Assembly (NCBI GenBank): GCA_013265495.1
Contig: MU058221.1
Span: forward strand, 5,936,066-5,974,883
Origin: Vicugna vicugna
Taxonomy: Eukaryota
Length of the DNA stretch: 38,818 nucleotides
Direction of reading: 5' to 3'
A program made the translations under genes and the position numbers. Below are positions 1-11,200 of this stretch, piece after piece (position 1 is the first letter of the stretch; the number at the start of each line of letters is the position of its first letter). The notes below the pieces were generated by a model. It had not been told where the DNA came from. It saw only the letters and a list, made by a program, of their open reading frames with translations, and ran no database searches.

Positions 1-677
1 AAATATTTTTCATTTAATATTCATTTGTTTAGGAATTGCCAAAGAATGCATTTCTCCTGAGAAGGGTCCCTGAGATGCTGGAAAAGAGGGCATCCCCTGG
101 AGGCAGAGGACCTCGTGGCCGACTCCTGGGCCTCATCACTCTACCTGCCTCTCGAATGTAGAGCTAGAATCCAGAAGTGAGACCATTATGGGATGTACAC
201 TAACATGTTCATTAGGATTGCAAAAGTAATCAGACTTACTTTTTTTTTTAACAGAAAATAAATCTGATTTGTTAGTTGGCTTGATCTGCCAATGAGGTTA
301 GTTGGCAGTATTTTTATATTACACAAATCAAATGAGGTAAACCTTTAGCACCAAAGTCTTGATGAAAACAAAGTTGAAAGCCTGTGATAAGATGAAAACA
401 TTTTGTCAGAATATTGTTTTGGTAAGTTGGTATTGAAGTTAAAAATATTTCTAGTTCCCCAGCCCTTTCTAGGTTAATCAGGGTAGGCCACAACTTTGCG
501 GTGGGAGAGGAACAGTGCAGTTGACAGCTGCTTGATAGGCTGTGTTAAAACCTATTTCAGTGGAATCCAGAAACGGAGGAGTAATTCTAAAGACGGTGAC
601 CCATCCACGTAGAGGTCAGTGCTCCCCGAGTCTTTGCTTACAACACAAGTGAAAGAAGACCTACTAGGTTTGGCAAC

Positions 678-1142
678 TGTTATGGGTTGAATTGTGTCCC
701 CTCTCTGTGAAAGTTCATATGCTGGAGTCCTAACCCTCAGTACCTCTAGATGTGACCTTATTTGGAGATAGAGTCTTTATTAGAGGTAATCGAGATGAAA
801 GGAGGTCATTAGGGTGAGTCCTAATCTAATATCACTGGGGTCCTTAAAAGGGGGGAAATTTGGACACAGACACACACCCAGGGAGAAAGTCAAGGAAAAA
901 TAAAGACAGAGATGGGGGTGATGCTTCTACAGTCCAAGAAACCCCAAAGATGGCTGGCCACCCACCAGAGGCTATGAGAGAAGCATGGAGCAGGTCGTCC
1001 TCACTGCCCTCTGAAGGAACTAACTCAGCCAATACCTCGATCCTGAATTTCTAGCTTCCAAAACTGTGAGAGAACATATTTCTGTTGTTTAAGCTACCTA
1101 GTTCATGGTACTTTGTTAAAGCAGCCCTTGCAAACTAACATA
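678..1142 (+). mobile_element. MLT1 (ERVL-MaLR) solo LTR
   Basis: Begins TGTTATGGGTTGAATTGTGTCCCC and ends GCAGCCCTTGCAAACTAACATA. Flanked by a perfect 5-bp TSD GCAAC (673-677 and 1143-1147). Confidence 0.88.
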
Positions 1143-1435
1143 GCAACTGATAGATTCTTAAAATTACCTTCTGATGGTAGATCACTATTGTGAATTTTTT
1201 TTTTTGACCAAAGAAATTTTGGAAAAAGTTAAAAGATTTGGTGATTCTGCTATAACAAAACCAACTACTGATTTAAGGGAACAAGATTCCTCAGTATGAA
1301 AAACAAAACAAAAAATTGGAAAACAATTGATGCTAAACACTGTCTCATTCTAACAATAGGTAATATTATCCTATGGGTTCGTTGACTATTTGGACCCTAT
1401 TCACCTCATTAAGAGCTAGATTTCCCCTCAAACTT

Positions 1436-1580
1436 ACTTTTTTGATAGAACTTCTTATTTTGAGATGATTGTAGATTGACGTTGTTGTTATAAGAAATAA
1501 TACAGACAGATCCCATATATCCTTCACCCAGCTTCCCCCAATGGTAACATTTTGCATAACTACAGAACATTATCACCAAA
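1436..1580 (-). mobile_element. LINE-1 3' UTR fragment
   Basis: T-rich start followed by ...cccatatatccttcacccagcttcccccaatggtaacattttgcataacta, typical of an antisense L1M 3' end. Confidence 0.65.
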
Positions 1581-2127
1581 GGTTACTTTTTATGTTTAAT
1601 AATTAATTTTCAATCATTTTGATTTTTATAATTTCAGATTAATTTTATTTATAATTTATTATTTTTGAACAATTATGTACTACTGATAATGTAAGGATGA
1701 TGGCATAATCTAAATAAAATTTTAATACTTAGAAATTTACAGCTATAGGAAATTAAAATTTCAATTTGTATGCTTTTTTGGCAGAGAAGTATGATGAACA
1801 AAAGGTCTTCAAGCATAAGAACATATTATATTAGAATAAATGTCTATGGAGAAAGTGGGATAGCATTCATAAGTTTGAGGAAAAAAAGGAATGCTGGAAA
1901 ATTCCAGAAGTTAAAGTAAGAGAATTTGTTCTTATATTTTTAAAATGGGTGATGGTTGAAATAAAATTGATATATCATTTGTTTATGTTCCATTAGAAAC
2001 CAAAAGACTGATGTAAAGTTTTATTTAAAGATACCAACATTTACAACACATTGGAAATTATATGCTCTACAAGTATTTATGATAAAAAGTGTTTGATGTC
2101 AAGTTAAAACTGAGTGAAGGAGTGCGC

Positions 2128-2490
2128 CATGTTCATAGCAGCCTTATTCACAATAGTTAAAACATGAAACAACCCAGACATCCATTGATGGGTGATGGAT
2201 AAGCAAAATGTGACATATACCTGTGACGGAATATTATGCATAGCCCTAAAAGGGAAGGGCATTCCGACAGATACTACAACATGGGTGAATCTTGAAGACG
2301 TTATGCTAAGTGAAATAAGCTAGTCACAAAAAGACAAATACTGTACGATTCACTTACATGAGGTACGAAGAGTGTTCAAACTCAGAGACAGAAAGTAGGA
2401 TGGTGGTTGTCCGGGCTGGGGGGAGGGGGGGAGGGGAAGTTAGTATTTAATGGGTACAGAGTTTCAGTTTTGCAAGATAAAAAGTTCTGA
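2128..2490 (+). mobile_element. LINE-1 (L1MB-like) 3' fragment
   Basis: atgttcatagcagccttattcacaatag...atgctaagtgaaataagctagtcacaaaaagacaaatactgt...gtttcagttttgcaagat, typical of the L1 ORF2 end and 3' UTR. Confidence 0.85.
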
Positions 2491-3405
2491 AGACATTCCT
2501 CCTCTTCTTTTGGGGAGACAATTTGTCTTGAAACTATTTACCCAGAATAGAAACTTTAAAAAGTCAGTGGAAATTTTTCTTTTTGTACAAGATGGTTAAT
2601 TCTTTTATTTGGGTGTTGGTAGAGCATCCATGAACCTCAACTCAACCATAAAGCTTTTGTCACTCACGTGTTATAAACTGTGACTTTGCTGGTGGGCAGC
2701 CCCCCTACCCCGCCCCAATGCAACTTTCCGAGGGGATCTGAGCGGCTCTCTTCCACGAAGCAATGGAAACATCGCAAGAGGGGAGGACGACTGTTTCCAC
2801 AGCTAACCACCAGAACCTGCGGGCGGGCCGAAAAGCCCCCAGCAGCTCCTGTAGCACGGCGACCTATTTATAAGAGCTTCCTCGTCTGGGAAGATGTGAA
2901 GGGAGGTGTGGACCTGGAGAGTGAAAGGCAGAAAAGGCGGAGCTTGGAAAAGAAAGAAAAGAAGACAGAGGCGAGGGTGGAGGTGGGGGAGCCAAAGACT
3001 TTTCCCTCCCTTCCTCCTCGCCTGGTCCTCCAGCTCCTCCCTCCCCCCATCTTTTGGTGGTAGCGGAAAGAAGGGGGTTAGAGAATTTCTCAGGTGGTTT
3101 GCACCTTCTCAGTTTAGCAGGAAGGAGAGACATGAGCTGCTTCCTCCACACCTCAGACACTGGTGTCAACTGTCCTTCGGGAACACTGCTGCATGTGCCC
3201 AGAGGCAGAGGCATGAAATGCTATCTCCCCACTGCTCCAGTCAGTTTCAGTCCTGTTCGGTAGACATCCCCAAGCGGTCGTGCCGTGGAGCGAGCTACGG
3301 GGAGCTGGGGAGCGGGTGGGGGTTGCAGTTGGTGTCATGTTTCGTGGTCTGCTGCTACTGTCTTGGGTACCGAAGCTGCTTAGCAACGGGGATAGACAAA
3401 GTTAC

Positions 3406-3555
3406 ACGTGATACCGCGTTGAGGGTGCCAGGATGTGGTGGGTGCAGCCGCGGACAGGCGCATGGCGAGCCCAGCTTACCGCCACCCTCTGCCCGTAGGG
3501 GTGGGGTGGAGACTAGGGAGGGCCACCAGGGCGACTGGTTGTGCCTGAACTCAGA
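3406..3555 (-). other. CD8A: Putative distal non-coding second exon of CD8A (150 nt)
   Basis: Acceptor CTTCTTCGCTTCCTTGAAG|, body TTCAGGCAC...GGTGGCCCTCCC...TGCGCCTGTCCGCG...CATCCTGGCACCC...ATCACGT, donor |GTAACT. Resembles the recalled next segment of the human long CD8A 5' UTR. Confidence 0.55.
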
Positions 3556-3887
3556 CTTCAAGGAAGCGAAGAAGCAGGGTGGTGGGAGCTGGGGTGGGGG
3601 GAGTGTGAGGTAGCCAGGCTGGAGGCAGGCAGTGTCGCAAAGGCTACGATGACCAAAAGCGGCGCGGTGTGTTTGCGGAGCCCAGCATCGACCAGGACTG
3701 TTGAGGCAGAGCTGATGCTGGAGAGGAGGTGGGGGCCGGTTCACAGCTGTCGTAAGCAGTTTGCCCTCTTCCCTTCCCAGTGACTCCTGTAGAATTCTCT
3801 GGGCCAGACTGGAACAGCTCCAAAATATCCACCCCGGCTGATCCAAGCCTGTATTCCACCCCTCCCCGCTTTTCTCATAGGAATTAC

Positions 3888-4196
3888 TTTTTCTGAGCAC
3901 AGCAGCACACTGACCAGAGGCGGGCAGCACACTTCCCACTCTTATCCCAGAAAACAGTGGCCCTGAACGAGGGGCCGCGGCAGCTGCACGCGTAGGGCGC
4001 AGAGCTCAGCGCGCAGCACTGAGGCAGAAACTGCGGCGCCATAGCGGGTGGGGAGAACCATGCTGTGGGGGGAAGGATGAAGAAGACTCCAAGGGCCCTT
4101 GGTTGGGGGCCGAGGGTAGGAGAAAGGAGGGATCTAGAATCCGGACCTGGAAGTAAGCTCAGAGAGGATCCAGTCCAATCCACTTATTTTATAGAG
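3888..4196 (-). other. CD8A: Putative distal non-coding first exon of CD8A
   Basis: Minus strand CTCTATAAAATAAG...ATTCTAGATCCCTCCT...GTTTCTGCCTCAGTGCTGCGCGCTGAGCTCTGC...CAGAAAAA|GTAATT. This matches my recollection of the 5' end of the long human CD8A transcript variant (from memory, not aligned). Its position downstream of CD8B on the same strand fits. Confidence 0.65.
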
Positions 4197-5300
4197 AAAG
4201 AAAATCGGAGGCCCAGGGAGGGTCTGAGCATTTTACTAGAGTAACTCAGGAGGCCGGACTGAGCCGGGACCAGCCGCCGGGACGCTCTCTACCACGCCCG
4301 CGCCTTGCCCGCCTCGAATAAAATCGAACACCCCGTTCAGTCCAGCAGGGGGCGATGCTGCTCTAGTTTTGGCCTGGTTTGGGGCGCGGGCGTGGGTAGG
4401 GAGGAATTCTGAATTCAGTCCCTGCTTTACCGCAAGCAAAACCGAAGCGGATGCATATTCCCTTCCAGCCATCGGGTGCCCAGCCCTCTTCAACGTCCCC
4501 ACCTAGCTGCCGGGCTGTGGCTCCGGGTCTCGCCTTTCCCAGGGTTCCCCACCCCAACTCCCAAGAGTCGTATTACAGGTCCCCAGAGTCCTACCTTTTT
4601 TCGGCGACCGAGGGTGCACTGAGGGAAAGGGTGGAGTAGGGAGGAGGGCAGGATTAGCATTTGACAGGGGGTCAAAAGACTGGTCGAAGATGGAAATTTC
4701 TGGCCCAAGATAGGGCGGGGAGATGTTTCAGATAGACTCCTAACCTCCCCCAATCTCTTAATTTCTACCAATTAGTCCTGAACCAACTGCGCAATGCATC
4801 TTCCGTAGAAACAGAATGTCAGCGCTTTCCTGGTGAATAGGAATCCCCATTCTGAGAACCTCTCTTTTTTGGGCCAGGCTGTGAGTTCTCCCAACTATGC
4901 TTCCTTCACTTGCCAAAAATGAAAAGGGGCCGGACGAGGGAGCCTGGGCTCGGGGCCGACCCGGCCGCTGTCTGCTGGTCCCCTCCCCTGGCGCGGGCTG
5001 ATGGGCGCGGGCGCGGAGGGGAGGCGAGCGGTGCTCCTCTTGCCCTGCATCCTGGAGAAGGGGCCATGGGCCCCGGGGGAAGGGGACGAGGGGGACACCC
5101 GGCAGGAAGCGGGCGGGATCTGGGGGTTCGAGATGTCCTGAGGGCAGGTGGAGCGTCCGGCCCCTGGTCTCTCGCGCAGGACGCGGAGGTCGCTGTGCCG
5201 GGAAAGGTCCGGGCGGCGGGTCCGGCCTCGCGCGCGCTGGGCCGGGGCGGGTCTGGGAGAAGGGACAGCCTGAGAGCACTAACGTGAGAAGTTACAGCGG
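3950..5300. promoter_or_regulatory. CpG island / distal CD8A promoter region
   Basis: Very GC-rich with dense CpG and GC boxes (for example GGGGCGGG near 5244, GGGCGGGG near 4713). Confidence 0.7.
4155..4230. mobile_element. MIR fragment overlapping the putative distal CD8A start
   Basis: agagaggatccagtccaatccacttattttatagagaaagaaaatcggaggcccagggagg resembles the MIR core (tctagtccaacccctcattttacagatgaggaaactgaggcccagagagg). Confidence 0.55.
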
Positions 5301-6064
5301 CCAGGGCCTCTCTGGGGTTCTTTTGATCTAGTCACTGATTTCCTTCCGCTCTTGGTTTTATTTTACCTGGAAGGCCCAGCCCCTAGCTAGCCCTGGAGCT
5401 GCCCGGAACCAGAGTCCCTTGGTCAAAACGTGTCCTGCTGTCAGCCACTAACAAGTCACTAGGCCCAGCTTGTTTCTTCTGGTGATGTGAATCATTGCTT
5501 CTGGTTGTTCACCGGAGTCCTGAGCTGACTATAGACACAGCAACGGGATTGGGGGGCGCCTGGGCCCGCCCCCCGCACTGAATTTGTGACTTTAGCAGTT
5601 CCCTAAATTCCTCTCTGCCTCAGATGTATACAATCAGTATTTAATCTAAAATTTTTTTTGCCTGTTTTTTTTTTTTTTGGTTTAAAAAAATTTGGAAAAT
5701 AGAAAAGGAAAAAAGTCTCCCATAGTGCCAGTATGGAAATACAATCTCTCAATATTCTGGTGTGTTTATTTTGTAGTTCTTTTTATTTATTTTTTGTCTT
5801 TTTTGTTTAAATCCTGAACTTATACATTTAATATTTTTCCCATCATTTTCTTATTCAGTTTACCTGGCTGCTTTTAAAAATTCTTGCACCACACTCGTTT
5901 CTTTTATAACATGTTCTTCATGAGTCTCACCTGGTATCAGCATGATATTCTGCTCATATTTTGCCCAGTTAGCCCTCAATTAGTTGGACATTTAGATTGT
6001 GTCTGCTTTTTCATTATGATACAGTAGTTTCTAAATAGTATGTAATTTCAATTTTTGGCGTTAA

Positions 6065-6130
6065 AAAAATTTTTTTTTGACCTTATGCATGCCAAGAACG
6101 CAATCTACCACTGAGCTGTACCCCTAACCT
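6065..6130 (-). mobile_element. Truncated camelid-type tRNA-derived SINE
   Basis: Minus strand GGGGTACAGCTCAGTGGTAGATTGCGTTCTTGGCATGCATAAGGTC followed by an A-run. Confidence 0.65.
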
Positions 6131-6144
6131 CCTCAGTTTTTGGT

Positions 6145-6526
6145 TTTGTATGATCTCACTTACATGTGGAATCTGAAAAAACAGAATGCAAAGAAACAGA
6201 GAAAAGGTTATTGGTTGCCAGAGGCAGGGGAGTGGGTGAAATGAGTGAAGGGAGTCAAAACGTATAAATGTCCAGTTGTAAGATACATAAATTCTGGACA
6301 TGTAATGTACATCATGGTGACAACAGCTGATGACACTCTTGTTAAGAAAGTAGATCTTAAAAGTTCTCATCACAAGGAATTTATAACCACGTGAGATGGT
6401 GGACATTAACTAGACTTATTGTGGTGATCATTTCACAACATGCATATATCAAATCATTATGTTGTACACTTTAAACTAATACAATATTTTATGTCAATTA
6501 TATCTCAATAAAAATTGGGAAAAAAT
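6145..6526 (+). mobile_element. LINE-1 3' end (L1MA/MB-like)
   Basis: tgatctcacttacatgtggaatctgaaaaa...atcattatgttgtacactttaaac...tatatctcaataaa. Confidence 0.85.
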
Positions 6527-6852
6527 TAACCAGGGTCACTTGCCCAGTGTCACACGGCAGTGCAGGTCTGTCAGATGCCAGCGTCTACCCTAACTACTGA
6601 GCCATTCTGTCTGCCCCACAAGCTCCGACCACCTCCCCTCCAGCCTCGCCTCTTTTCCTGAACCACTCTGTATAGCTGGACTTAGCTGGTTTGAAAGGAT
6701 TCACTTTATTCTCAAATAATCCAGTAATTCAGACTTTTATCAGGTTACCCAGGCTTCTGCCAAGTTTTTCTCCAAACACACAGGGTGCTGCTCTTCAAAG
6801 TCTTAAGGGGCAGCTGGGCGATTTCTGGCACGTGTGGGGAGTAAGTGAGGCG

Positions 6853-7060
6853 CTGGAGTCAGGCTGAATCCTAGCTCTCTGATCCATTAGATGCTGTGTG
6901 ATTTCAATCACGCCAGGGAGCCTCTCTGAGCCTCAGTCTACTCACCTGTTAAAGGGGTCACTAATATCTACCTTGTCAGGCTGCTAGGAAAATAAAGAAA
7001 AGGAACACACCACTCCCAGCATAGCACTGGCACCTGGGAAGTGCTCAGCAGATGGGAGCT
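6853..7060. mobile_element. MIR SINE
   Basis: ctggagtcaggctgaatcctagctct...ctctctgagcctcagt...ggcacctgggaagtgctcag. Confidence 0.7.
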
Positions 7061-7460
7061 TTCTTACTCTTACTCACCTTGTGTTGAGGAAGCAGCCGGT
7101 GTCTGGTGCTGGCAGGCACACTTGAGCTGAGATCCACTGGGGCTCCTTTACGCCCTGGCCCAGGCTGGGATGTAGGGTAAGTTGGGGACCACTGTAGCAG
7201 GGCTTGGTAACTGAAAGCTGGAGAGGGATTGTTTTTGAGCCAGTGTGGACCCCCATGCGGAACATCTTCCTTCCCAGGGCAAACCCCTTCTTGGAAAATC
7301 ACAGTTTCACTTTTAGCAAGACCCTACCACAGTGGGGGAAAGCCCCCAGTGTAACCCATCCTCCCCAAAGGCAGAGTCCCCTGGAGGGGGCTTTGCCTGT
7401 TCTTTGCCCCTTACTTCCCACACCCCTCTCTTCCCCCTACTAAGCCCTTAGCTCCATCTC

Positions 7461-7665
7461 ATTTATTTTTTTAATTGAAGTATAGTCAGTTTATGATATT
7501 GTATCAGTTTCTGGTGACAGCATAATGTTTCAGTCATACATACACACATATATTTGTTTTCATACTCTTTTTCATTATAGGTTACTATAAGGTATGGAAT
7601 ATAGTTCTGTGTTCTATACAGAAGAAACTTGTTGTTTATCTAGTTTATCTATAGTAGTTAGCATC
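7461..7665 (-). mobile_element. LINE-1 3' tail (cetartiodactyl-type)
   Basis: ttaattgaagtatagtcagttt...ttttcattataggttactataag...gaatatagttctgtgttctataca. Confidence 0.8.
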
Positions 7666-8069
7666 CCATCTTGCCTTCTGTATTCTTTTGCCTTTTCCAG
7701 CACTGCCTCTCTTATTTTGCAGAACCACTGCACTGCTTTCAGGTTCTAGATTGTCTGTCTGTCCTTGGCCTGGGTGAGGAGCCTCTGCCGTATGACCTCG
7801 GTAAGCCTGTCTTGCTGTCTCCCGGAGCCAAGACTCAGTACTTAGGTTACCGCTTCCAATAATCCCACCCTGATTTGCCCCCAGGCACGCAGTGGACTGA
7901 ACCAGTTACCCTCCCTAGGGCTTTGAGTTCCTGCACTGTTTCCGGCAAAAACTCTGTCCTTTAGGTCTGTAAACACAGCAGGAAGATCTGTGTACTACAA
8001 GGAAAGATGTTCCACTTGGGAAACACAGAGATTTAAAAATGCTGCATTCTTTCAAGGCACGATTCATGC

Positions 8070-9470
8070 AAGAAATAACTGATAAGCTGGACTGTATTAA
8101 AATTTAAAACCTTTGGCTCTGCTAAGACAATGTCAAGAGAGTGATAAGACAAGCCACAGACAGGAAAAAATATTTGCAAACGGTACATCTGATAAAGGAC
8201 TGTTATCTGATGTACACAAAGAATTGTTTAAACTCAACAATAAGCAAGCAAACAACCTGATTAAAGTATGGGTGAAAAACCTTGATGGATACCTCACCAA
8301 AGAAGATCAATAGATGGCAAATAAGCAAAAGAAAGCATCATATGTCATCAGGGAAACGCAGATTAAAACAAAAATGAGATTCCACTACACAATTACTAGA
8401 ATTACCAAAATCCAAAACACTGACAACACCAAATGCTGGTGAGGATGTGGAGCAGCTGGTGGGAAGCCAAAACGGTTCAGCCACTTCGAAATACAGTTTG
8501 CTAGTTTCTTTTTTTTTTCCCTTTAATTTTTAAAGTTTTATTTTGAAATATTTCCTAACTTACAGATACATTGCAAAAATAATATAATGAACTTCCATTT
8601 ATACTTTATGAACTTTTAACATTTTGCCACATTTGCTTTAACATTCTTTATTCCTGACTCTCAGAAAGACCACAGGAGATATCTATCTATCTATCTATCT
8701 ATCTTGGAATATATATATATATATATTTCTTTCAGTTTGCTGGTTTCTTTCAAAACTAAATGTATTCTTACCATATGATCCAGCAATCATACTTCTTGTA
8801 TTACCCAAAGGAGTTGAAAATTCATGTCCACACAAAAATCTGCAGAGAGATGTTTATAGCAGCTTTCTTCATAATTGCCCCAAATTGGAAGCAACCAAGA
8901 TATCCTTCAGTAGGTGGATGGATAAATAAAGTTTGGTTCATCCAGACAATGGAATATTATTGAGCACTAAAAAGAAACGAGCTATCAAGCCATGAAAAGA
9001 CATGGAGGAAACTTAAATGCATATTACTAAGTGAAAAAGCCAATATGAAGAGGTTCCAACTGTATGACATCTTGGAAAAGGCAAACTATAGAAACAGTAG
9101 AAAGACTAGGGGTTGCTAGGGGTTGGGCGGAAGGAGAAGGAACAGGCAGAGCACAGAGGATTTTTAGGGCAGTGAAACAACTCTGCATATTATAATGGAT
9201 ACAAGCCATTATACATTTGTCCAAATCCATAGGATGTAAATCTATGAGTAAATCCTAAGAGTAAGTAATGTAAACTATGAACGTTGGGTGATAAGGATGT
9301 GTCAGTGCACATTCGTCAGTTGTAACAAACGAACTACTTTGGTGTGGGATGTTGATAAGGGGGGCGGCTATGCATGCGTGGGGGCAGGGAGGTATATGGG
9401 AAATCCCTGTATCTTCTTTTCAGTTTTGCTGTGAACCTAAAATTGCTCTAAAAATATAAAGTCTTAAAAA
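8070..9470 (+). mobile_element. LINE-1 (L1MC/MB-like) ORF2 end plus 3' UTR, with a nested insertion at 8512-8732
   Basis: ORFs 8113..8313 (EKIFANGTSDKGLLS) and 8760..8963 (MFIAAFFIIAPNWKQPRYPSVGGWINKVW) are L1 ORF2 C-terminal remnants. The 3' UTR ends ...gtgaacctaaaattgctctaaaaatataaagtc. Confidence 0.9.
8681..8726. repeat. (ATCT)n and (AT)n microsatellites
   Basis: atctatctatctatctatctatct followed by atatatatatatatatat. Confidence 0.9.
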
Positions 9471-9509
9471 AATATAGCAATCTTCCGATACAAAATCATA
9501 TCAACACTG

Positions 9510-10010
9510 AAGAAGTATTTCCCACCTATAACCCAGCAGGGCTAAAAAAAGAGAAGGTGACACCTATTGTGGATGACAGTGGTGAAGAATTGGTACCTGC
9601 TGGTGGCCTGGAAAGCAATTTGATGCCAAGTATCAAAAGCTATAAAAACATTTATACCCCTATGCTCAGTCATTCTAATCTGGAAAATTTCTCCTGTGGA
9701 TATAATCTTAGATTTAGAGCAATGACCAAAGATGTTAAATGTTTAAAACAATTGAAATGTTCAGAAACAAATGGTTATTTAAGTAAACTATGATAATCTG
9801 CTCTATACAATTTTAACCATTATAATTATGAATTGTTATAATTGTGAAAACTACTTAAGAATAAGAAAAAAACGCTTATGGTCTACTTCATTAAAACATT
9901 CAACATGATTACAACTAAAACAATGTTAAAAAAACATTACATTAAAATATATTAAGATGTCTTTCCCTCACTTTTTTTTCTAGTTCCTAAATTTCTGCAA
10001 CGTGTATTAC
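9510..10010 (+). mobile_element. Highly decayed old LINE-1 (L1ME-like) fragment
   Basis: ctggaaagcaatttgatgccaagtatcaaaagc...ggttatttaagtaaactatgataat resembles an old L1 ORF2 end and UTR. Confidence 0.45.
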
Positions 10011-10249
10011 AACGATTATAGGACTTTCATAAATGGAAGACTTAAAAATAACTCATTTCCCTTCTGGGGGAGCCACACTCAGCGCAAGGCCACACCCACC
10101 TCGGAACAACCTTCAGGACAGGACCGGGTTTCTTTCTGTTCGAGGGGCTGAATCAAGCAGTGGGTGCTCTGCTTCATACTGCCTCTGTCCTTTATCCACA
10201 TGTTGTCTCAAAATTTTCCAGTTTAGTATGTTTATAACTTTTCCCACAA

Positions 10250-10500
10250 TTTTTAATTGTGACAAAATATAGCGTAACATTTACCATTTTACCTATTTTT
10301 AAGGGTACAATTCAGTGGCGTTAAGTACATTCTCACTGCAACATCACCACTTCCATCGCCAGAACTTTTTCATCTTCCCATTAAACACTAACTCCGCCTC
10401 CCCAGCCCCCAGCCCCTGGCGCCCACCACTCTGCTTTCTTGTCTCCAGGAATTGGAATACTCTGGGAACCTCATATAAGTGGAATCATATAATATTTGTT
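10250..10500 (-). mobile_element. LINE-1 (L1MB-like) 3' end
   Basis: tttaccattttacctatttttaagggtacaattcagtggc...ggaacctcatataagtggaatcatataatattt. Confidence 0.85.
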
Positions 10501-10789
10501 TTTTTCTACAGCAATTTTTAAGGATAAGGACCAAGTGTCTGATCATTTTCATCTTAAACGTAATGTTTACTTGCTCATTTTTGTAAATATTACTGCGCTA
10601 GGCAGAGGGCTAAGGAACGCTCAAGAACCACGTGTGGTCTCCGAGGCTGACAGGGGAGGCGCAGAGAAAGGACAGCGTGTGAGAAGTATGCTGGGTGTGA
10701 TGGCGGAGAACCTCTCGGGGCCTTCTGGAAAACCTGTGTTGGAGGGTTGATGGGGGAGTGGTCCTGGAGGAAGGCGAGGAGGAGCCCTG

Positions 10790-11200
10790 GGGAGGGGGGT
10801 CTGGGCAGGGCGCGCGCAGGCGCAAGGGCCCTGGGGGAGTTGGTGGATCCGGGGCGACAGTGGGGGCTGGGGGGGCAGGAGTGTATTCCAGGTGTGATGG
10901 GAGATGTAGGCAGCCTCTTCTCTCACCCACTGGAGAGGAAGGGAGAAGGGCCCTAGGCTTGACTGGGCGCCTGTACTGCGTGCGCAGCGCTGACTCTGCC
11001 ACCTCGCGTAGCCGCACGACCTCCTGGTCCAGGTACCCGGGCGCCCCGTTTCTCAGACACCGAGGCCGAGGCACAGAGCGGGGCAGCGTCTCATACAGCT
11101 GGAGACCGCTAACCGGCGCGCCCCGAGCCCCGAACAGCTGCTGTGTTCCGCATCTTAGCTCGCCGCTGGGCCGCTGTGGCTGCAGGGGCTGATGTACGGG
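10790..11200. promoter_or_regulatory. Small intergenic CpG island
   Basis: Dense CpG (GCGCGCGC, GGCGCGCC, CTCGCGTAGCCGCACG) in non-repeat sequence. Confidence 0.6.

Larger units (their letters stand above)
170..2120 (+). mobile_element. Decayed hAT-Charlie DNA transposon (transposase fossil), interrupted by an MLT1 LTR and an L1 fragment; boundaries approximate
   Basis: Degenerate codons read NEVNL*HQSLDEN (about 331-369) and NWKTIDAKHCLILTIGNI (1314-1367). These resemble Charlie/hAT transposase segments (NELNLQLQG and the C-terminal dimerisation region). AT-rich tail follows. Confidence 0.55.

Noticed and set aside
2906..5287. Long ORFs (235, 194, 173 and 125 aa)
   Set aside because: They are overlapping low-complexity Pro/Gly/Arg frames on both strands in GC-rich DNA, several with non-ATG starts and no recognisable domain.
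8113..8963. Protein-like ORFs 8113..8313 and 8760..8963
   Set aside because: They are fragments of decayed L1 ORF2, not genes.
10924..10940. HPLER peptide resembling the human CD8B M-3 tail (LHPLEK)
   Set aside because: It is on the plus strand, opposite to CD8B, and only 4 residues match, so it is a chance match.
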